Of a stretch of DNA of 60,000 bases, positions 52,158-60,000 are shown piece after piece. The DNA comes from Botryllus schlosseri (taxonomy: Eukaryota): positions 24,182,001 through 24,242,000 of the forward strand of contig CM119371.1 of the NCBI GenBank assembly GCA_051294905.1. Reading direction: 5' to 3'. Position 1 is the stretch's first letter; every line of letters begins with the position of its first letter. The notes under the pieces were generated by a model. It was not told where the DNA came from, did no database searches, and was given only the letters and a program-made list of their open reading frames with translations. A program made the position numbers and the translations under genes.

Positions 52158-55150
52158 TAGGGCTGTTCAAAAATAAAGTAAAATTTCGGATTCCAGCCAT
52201 TGACTTATTAAATTGTCAGGTTACCCTAAGAACACTGCACACCAAAGTTGGTTCAATTCTAACAAGTAAAGGACTCCGCAGATCAAATTAAAAATTTTAA
52301 TTTATTAGGTGAAATTTTGAAAAAGAATTCAAATTTTTCTGCCAACCCCATGAAATTGTTTAGCTGTCTTCAAAGACGATGCAAACCAAATTTGACTCAA
52401 TTCCGACCAGTAGAAGCGGAGTTATGTGAGTTTTTCGATTATAATCCTCGGATTATCCTGGATCGGTGGATCATCCGAGAAGTTCACGTTTTTCATAGGC
52501 GGGCTTTCCGAGGTTCCGTCTCGGTCGTTCACACCACTGGGCCATACGAGGTACCGCTGCGTTCGTCTTCGGGCCCCGCGTAGACCGATACCCGATACGA
52601 TCGTATCGGACTTTCAGCCGACTCGGGATCGGCCTTCAAAAAACAGTGTATAGCGCTTTTTTCACAGTTTTTTTAATCACCGATTTCTCGCCAACCGAAT
52701 ATCGTAGCCGGATAAATTTGGTACCGGCAGACGCGTAATTCGATTACAATTCCAACGATACCCAGGAAATGGGGTTGGGACGCGTAGAAAAAAGTTTTCT
52801 TCCAAAAACCCGTGATGGTACGCCAATACGGGTTACGCAATTGGTTTTTCGATCGGTCGGTATCAGAACACAGATCGAAATACCGATCGACAACCGCTGG
52901 TCTTAGGGGTTCGACAGAGTTATCCCCGCTTTCCTCTCGTCGAACTGAACGCGATGATATCCGATTCAACGGCTTGGGCACGGGGTTGGCCCGGTATTGG
53001 CGTCTGAAAAGTCGGTTTTTGTCTCCCAAAGGCTACCGAATTCGCAGAATATACAGATCGATCAGTAGCTTAGGAATAGCCTACTTTTATCACAAAAAAT
53101 TTAACATGCCGCCTTTCTTACAGAGATAGGCACAATTCACAATGTTGAATTAGGTCGATGACTTTTGTATTGTATACGTACGCGCGACCAATTGCGTGCC
53201 ATCATCTGGTAAGGTCTCATGTCCGCTGTCACCGAGTGATTGAAAGATTAGTTTCAGCGTATTAGCAGGTTATTGTAAATGGACGTTACTTTGGACGATG
53301 GACTAGCAGATGATGTAGAATGATGCAGAAGATGTATTAGCACCTCATGGCCCTAAAGTTTCATGACAAGTAAATCAGCATGAATCCTTAACACGAATCT
53401 TATATGAAAAGTTAAAGACGCAAACATGCGTGATGGAGTTACTTCCCAATCAGTGTTTTCATCGAACGATTCGTTCTGTGTATTGAAGAGTATTCTACAT
53501 AGCTGCTGAATTCTGCGTACAATAGCGTACAAATTTGGATCGCCACGCTGACTCCTTTTCCATGACAAAAAGTGAGTATTCAGTATAGAATGCATTTCCC
53601 TTCTGTTGTAAGTATTATATTTCGTTAACTACGTCACGCGGAAGGGTAAGTACTGGACAGAACAGTCGCCAAACGGAGGCTGCGTCCTGTGATGTTTCCC
53701 TCACTAATTCAATTCGTGCCGTGGTAGATTTTCACTGCGTAACGTGCTTTCTGACAGATTATTAAACGTCTATGTGAGTAGCAACGGATTTAGAATCGTC
53801 CTTGAAAAGGTGTTCACAGAACTCAATTAGTAAAATGTTGACTTCACGCTCAATATATCTGGGAATAGGCCTACTTTTATCGCGTAACGTTAACTTTATA
53901 TTGTTTCCCGATTAATTTCAAATAATTCAACTAGCTAGATACTTTCTAAATATTGATAAATCGTATATATACGCTGTGTGAGTGAGCACATAGTTACGAT
54001 AACATCTGCCTTTTCGTTTCATTGATTCTTTTCAAAATCAAGTGTGTGGCCTATGATAAAGCTCCATCTTGATGAAGCAACCTATCATGTTGCATTTTTG
54101 TTTTGAAATTTACTGGAGTTGTGTATAATCTTCAAACGTATGTACTGTGCATGGAGCTAACAATTTGGCATTAGATCGCTGCCTTGTTTTTCAGCCACTG
54201 CAAACAATCGAGACGTCAAGATAGCTGGGAAGACACTCTAATGAATTTGCCGTCAAGCAATTCTGATCAAAGTGCCTGCGGTCTCCCTAGTCTGCCATAA
54301 TGATCAACGATGATGACGTGACGGTCTGATCACTTAAACATCAGACTGTCAATGTCAATATATGTATTGTTGCCTTGGCTTGAACGGACGGGGCCGTAAT
54401 TGATAGCCGAATCTGACTGCTTCTTACCGTGTGTTAATATAAGGAAAATAGAATATCTGTACTCATGTTTTAGTTAGTGCAACGCATATAATGTAAGATT
54501 ATCGGTTGTAAGCCTAGATTATACCGAGCGTTGTAACCAGCGCATTGTGCGAAACCGACACTCTGGGTATTTACAACTGATACCACAATATGTCTGATAG
54601 CCAGTGATAGGTGTTTGAATGGACACTCTCTTGCCGCAGCATTGTGACGTTATGAAATGACAAAACAAGTCAACTTTGCAGTTGGCTGCTTTCCGAACCT
54701 ATATCGCCACATTTCAGCCTGATCATCATTATTTGTTTATGTTAGCTTTGCAGAGTCATTTTATCCTTGTACGTGATGACGAATAAACGAGTTTGATTTT
54801 TCAAGCAACACTGCTGCATGGTATGAGCGGATGACATAAGCTACGTCAGTTGAATTTAATGTTAAAATTACGGTTGATTGATATCACGCGTTTTCAACCC
54901 AGATATGCGTTTCTGGTAAGATGATAGGGTGATTACAATCATTTAAGGAATTGCTACAAACTTACGAAGGTATGGAAAGCTGATTGAGGTCACATGGTCC
55001 GTTGGACCTTGCACATAATTTGAAAATTACGACGAGATATATTGTTATTATGCTAGTCGTTGCTGTTCTCCTCTCTCTAGCAACGAAATTATTGTGGGTG
55101 TGGAGAGGGATGATTACACCCGCGGCCATATTAGGTCACATTTTATATTC
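52158..55150 (+). mobile_element. TAGGG-ended hAT remnant; right boundary uncertain
   Basis: TAGGGCTGTTCAAAAATAA terminus shared with 3271; only faint transposase-like traces at 54360-55060. Confidence 0.4.
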
Positions 55151-55596
55151 ATCTGGTCCAGATTGACACGACATGAATATTCGGCGCCAGCAATTTAGGT
55201 ACCCGGATCAAGACATTTTTATATCGAAGTTTACGGTCAACATAAGGGAAATCCTTTTCGGCTAATGTTTTCTTACTGACGATCTTTTTGGCTCACTTCT
55301 CTGAGACCCATGTTGACCCACACTTTATATGTCTTTTTACATCGTGGCGTGGTAATGGCCAACGCTCGCTTAGATGCCTACGTCTACAGATGATGCGCAT
55401 TTTTTTGTGGAGGAAGGGTGCCTAATAAACAAACATTTATCTACATGAAATCGCGTACAGCGCGAGAAAAATTAAAAAGTTACGAAAATTTTCAAATAAA
55501 TAGCGAATAATTAGTGTTCATTCACGAAATAATTTTGGCACCATTCGAGCTCGCCCTCCCCCAAGCGGGGTAGGAATATCTGGGTGTGGCAGGAAT

Positions 55597-55725
55597 GGGG
55601 GAGATAGCGTAGCAGTGATGCGTGCGGCTTTTTGATCTGTAAATCGTTGGTTCAATCCCCGGGCGGGTCAGACCTAAGATTCGAAAACTGGTATCCACGG
55701 TATCCGATGGTTAAGATAAAAATAA
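55597..55725 (+). mobile_element. tRNA-headed SINE of a second family (Meta-domain-like)
   Basis: A-box TAGCGTAGCAGTG, B-box GGTTCAATCCC, followed by GGTCAGACCTAAGATTCGAAAACTGGTAT resembling the MetaSINE core as I recall it. Confidence 0.5.
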
Positions 55726-58348
55726 GTTTGTTTGCTTTCTCTCTTTCTCTCTCTTGAGCATTAGTAAGGTGAATCCTTTCTTATTTGCACGGTTAGAGCA
55801 ACAACCCTCCTTGGTTTATCTGGGCTACTCCTCCGACAAAGACATGGATTTGCGAATGCCAGGAAAGCGAACACTGAATTGCTAGGACAAGCAACTGAAA
55901 CACAGCTGAAGAGAAAAAATGGAAGCCAATCACCTTCACGATTAGGCCGAGATGGATGCTATAGATTAATAATAACCGTGCTTGGTAGTTTTAGCATTCT
56001 CTTCTCTGTTCAATATGTCGCAATGCATCTTTAGTACCGCATTGCACATTGTCTGGCTTGAGCGGAAACAATAATTTGAGCTAAATTAGAAATAAAAGTC
56101 GGGGGTTCGCTGAGGCTCGCGACGGTCCAAAAGGGGTCCGCAAAGACATGAAAGGTTGAGAATAACTGACACAAGGTACATGCCTTACGCTCGCAACTGA
56201 CAGAGCATCTTAAAGCTGTTTTGACACAAGCAAATCAACGACCTATCAGCTCGATATATTGGGTGCGGGAAATACTACAGAATATTTATCATGCTATAAC
56301 CAATACATATATTTGATGGAGTTGTATTAAGGTAAATCAGGGATCCTTTTTCACAATATGTATCACGAGTGTTAAACAACAAAATTTAACGATGGTATAG
56401 TGCCCTTTCGCCTTTGCCAAGAGCTAATCAGGGCCCAAATAATAGGAGTCGCCATTAAAATCGTACGATCCGCGGTGTCTACCAAGATCGCAACTAGAAC
56501 TTATGTCGAGTCATCACAATGGTAGTCAGCATTTTTTATGTCGTCATTTTTTAAAACAGTGTATAAAGTCTTAAAATCCCTATATATACTGGAATGGTCT
56601 AAACTGAGTAAATCCTAAACAAAAACTATCATGTATGCAAAGCGGTGTCATTTTATACACGCGAAAAGTGGAAGAAAATCCCCCCTATTGATTGTCGACT
56701 TAATGCCACTTTTCAAAATACGGGGTTTATACAGGGGTCAAAATGTCGCCATTGTAACTCGAAATTCCTGCTACTTCATGACTTGATTTCTTTTGGAAGG
56801 GACAAATGAGGGACTAATAAGCGTGGTCCCAAACGGATTTGCTTAACAGACGATAGCAACCGAGGGAAAAATGTCGCCAAGAATTAGGGGGACACAAAAT
56901 TGTCTCCCAATTTTTTTCGTCCCCCAACTGCTACAAAAATAAGTGCGATTGTCTCCCGAAGTAGCCTAATAGGTAAATATATATATATATTCGTATAATA
57001 CTTATATGCTGTGAAGGAACGGAGTTCAGGTGAGGATATGTTCGTCACAACAATTTTTAGCCTTCCCCAAATTGAAAAGGGTTGAAGAACGCTTGGAAGA
57101 GCACCGATTTAGAGCGTTAACCCCTATTCTCAAAAATACTCAAAACATTGCATCTACATTACAAAGTCCCTTAAAAACAGGAATTTACCCATTATTTTTC
57201 TAATATAATTTCGGCAGATCATTATGTATTACCGTTCTTGAATTTACGTGTCTAATAACTAACCCAATTACAAATCCAAACGATCTTACGATATCAGATT
57301 GCCTTGTCCAAGCACTCATTTTTATGTTAGACAATACGCAGTCAATCAAATGCTGAAATTTTTTCACTTCGATTTGTCGACAAAATGACTGTAAACAATG
57401 AATAAGTGAGCGACTCTTGGACTCTTCTAATGCTTTTGATCACTGCAACCAAATCCCACAGGTATTATTGCAAGGCACCGATAAGAATTGCAATGATAGT
57501 TAGGGCAGACCCGTATATCCGACGAGTAAGTGAAAATGACAAGCCATCGAGTGGCATGGAAATAAGTTCTGAATACGCCGCAACCGCCAATACGTATTGT
57601 ACACTAAATTGTTAGATTTCCCAGATTAAAGTCCAATCCCGCAATTTCACTGAAAATGCCTTTGACGAATAATTGCGGGGGTGGGGAGAATACATGAACA
57701 AATTCTCAAACATGATGTCAATCTAATGTGCAGGAAACTTATCGATAATGAATATCAGTTTTCGCCAATTTGTTGATATATTTGATATTAGAATTCCTAT
57801 ATCATCGAAAATAGAATTATTTCTTGCTGTCGACGGCGAATATCCCTGCACTCTAAAAGCATCTACTGTCTATATTAATAGTTACAATGTTCTGGTATCA
57901 GTTTGCATTTTGCTACAGCCAAAGGTGGTCAAATTAGGAGTAGAAACGCAAAAAATCGACTCAAGTAGAACACGCACAAAAGAATGAAGTCCTACATTGG
58001 GCAATCCAGTATCGAACCGTGCATTTGTATCGTATGCGAAAAAAATTGTTTTGGAGCAGATCATCACGGATGTACCGTCTCAAATTTGCTAGTCTAGTTC
58101 GTAATGCATTCTCACGTCAAGGAAATAGTTTTATACGGAGCATTGAGTCGCAAGTACACACTCGATAATCTTTCAGCGATAGAAATTCAGCGACTGAATA
58201 TTTTTCACTGTATTTTCGTTCGATGATTTCCATGGAGTCTCTCGATTATTTTAGGTGACTATGCGAAATGAATGTCGGACATTCCAGCGAGCAATTATAT
58301 CATGGTCTCGAATAATCACTACTGACACGTTAAATCATTATCATTCAG

Positions 58349-58516
58349 CTTGCCAATCTGTCGTTACGGGATGGTACGATGACGTCAGATATCTATGGTA
58401 ACGTTGCGGATATTATCAGCATCACGGGATGCTCGACAATATTTTTTGGAGAATGCGATTTGACGAAACAAAAGTTGCAAAGCTTCACGAAAACCGGCAA
58501 GAATATTAAAATATCT
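58349..58516 (+). CDS. LRR exon A4
   Basis: ttcag|CTT..TCT|gtaagt, 168 nt: LANLSLRDGTMTSDIYGNVADIISITGCSTIFFGECDLTKQKLQSFTKTGKNIKIS. Confidence 0.85.
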
Positions 58517-58664
58517 GTAAGTTACAGATTTTGCTGATTGATTTGATTTGTTTTGATATGAATAATTCGTATTATGAAAAGAAGTACCAAGAAGTAAATC
58601 GACCTTAAACTATATACTGTAATGGTAAATAAATTGGATATGATGATTACATCTTATTTCCTAG

Positions 58665-58832
58665 CTCTCGAAGCTCCACATAAGCGATGTCAAAATGCCA
58701 GCTGAATGTTACCGCGAAATCGCAACTACACTCAAGTCCATCAGTTGCAAAGAGATAGTGTTCGAAAACTGTGAATTGACGAGTCTGAAGCTTTTTGAAT
58801 TCTACGCTGGATGTAAAGATAACGATCTATCT
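58665..58832 (+). CDS. LRR exon B6
   Basis: cctag|CTC..TCT|gtaagt, 168 nt: LSKLHISDVKMPAECYREIATTLKSISCKEIVFENCELTSLKLFEFYAGCKDNDLS. Confidence 0.85.
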
Positions 58833-60000
58833 GTAAGTTTAGTTAATGTGCTGAAAACGTGCATTGTTTGTATCACGAATGATCACTAAGTTTTCGTTGG
58901 GTGTCTTATTCCTACTCACAGATCACGCAATAACACTAACCGCAGAATATAATACGTTTGACGAGTGATATTGACAGGGGATTGGCAGATCAAAGTGACT
59001 TCTGTGCTGGAAAAGTAGTCAGAAATCCATCCAAATAATGAGCACACAATACAAATTGACAAAATGAATTACTGAACAAATCGTGGACTATTGCAATGCG
59101 TTTGATCGCTGCAACCAAATCCCGCATGCTAGAGACCGTTCGAAAATGCCGTTGACTGTATTGCAACGCACTGATAAGAATTGCGATGATAGTTGGGGGT
59201 AGCCCAGTAAATGAGACGGGTAAGTGAAATTGAAATTAGTATGGAGAGCTATGTAAATTTGTTCTGGATACGCAGCCAACGATAATACAGCTTGTACACT
59301 ACATCGTTGGATTTCCTAGATTAAAATGCGATACGATCATAATTTCATTGCAAAAGTTAATGGCGACAAGAACTGAGGGGTGTAAGAAGAATAAATCAGC
59401 AAAATCGTAGACATTATGCTTATTTATTTCTCGACATTGTTGACACTGGAAGGGACAGATAATCAAAATTGAAATCATTTCGCGCTCTCTACGTCTGTAT
59501 CACTGCAAGAGAACACTTCTACTATTCTGAAACTTGACTCAGATAACAGTTTTCATTGTGTGACAGCCTCCTGAAATTATCGACTACGGGGTACCGTTTG
59601 AACCGTGTGGTGTTTCATAGATTTTCCGCACAGTTGAATCCAAGGACGTTTTGCGAATAACATCGTCAGCTACTGCCGAGATTCGCATAAATACGGGATT
59701 GCAATATTTTTTTTCATTACGAGCTCGGAAGATGTTGATAAAATTATAGTTTACTAGAGATGTTACAAACATTATTTTAAGTTGGTGTCCGGCATGGGAA
59801 CCGTGAGCTAGATGTCCACAAACTAATAATTGAGGTTTTCCCCTGTGAATATTTTGTGTGAAGTACCAGTATTTTCCAATAAAGACAACGATCTATCTGT
59901 AAGTTTAGTTAATGTGCTGAAAACGTGCATTTAGAAATTTTTCGGGGGGAATCTAGCTTTGGCGTTGTATCGGAAGATACAGAGGGTTCGCAATGTGTGG

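Larger units (their letters stand above)
48831..56977. mobile_element. unclassified 8.1-kb TIR element flanked by (TA)n, filled with nested repeats
   Basis: TIRs TTTACCTATTAG(A/G)CTACTT..GCAGTTGGG(C/G)GAC (~55 bp, imperfect); (TA)10 left and (TA)6 right; the flanks are contiguous in the paralog at ~33490. Confidence 0.8.

Overview
Eukaryotic (animal, probably marine invertebrate; species not determinable) AT-rich DNA, mostly nested transposon debris. Most ORF-track entries are spurious because they use bacterial start codons and ignore introns. The main host feature is a + strand multi-exon gene seen as ten intact 168-nt, phase-0/0, AG..GT-bounded exons spread over 20.4-58.8 kb. Each encodes a 56-aa pair of ribonuclease-inhibitor/NLR-type leucine-rich repeats, in two classes ordered A B A B A B B B A B. 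The array grew by nested tandem duplication, contains apparently chimeric exons, and varies most at the predicted exposed beta-strand positions. No N-terminal exon (e.g. NACHT) or clear terminal exon was found in the window. Mobile DNA includes an internally deleted CACTA/EnSpm-type element (1-6689), two full-length and one partial hAT (hATm-like) elements, two Chapaev3-type remnants, a Penelope-like fragment with inverted ends, a 5'-truncated CR1/L2-group LINE, tRNA-derived SINEs, many hAT-type MITEs and an unclassified 8.1-kb TIR element flanked by (TA)n. Several insertions have their empty site preserved in a duplicated intron copy inside the window.
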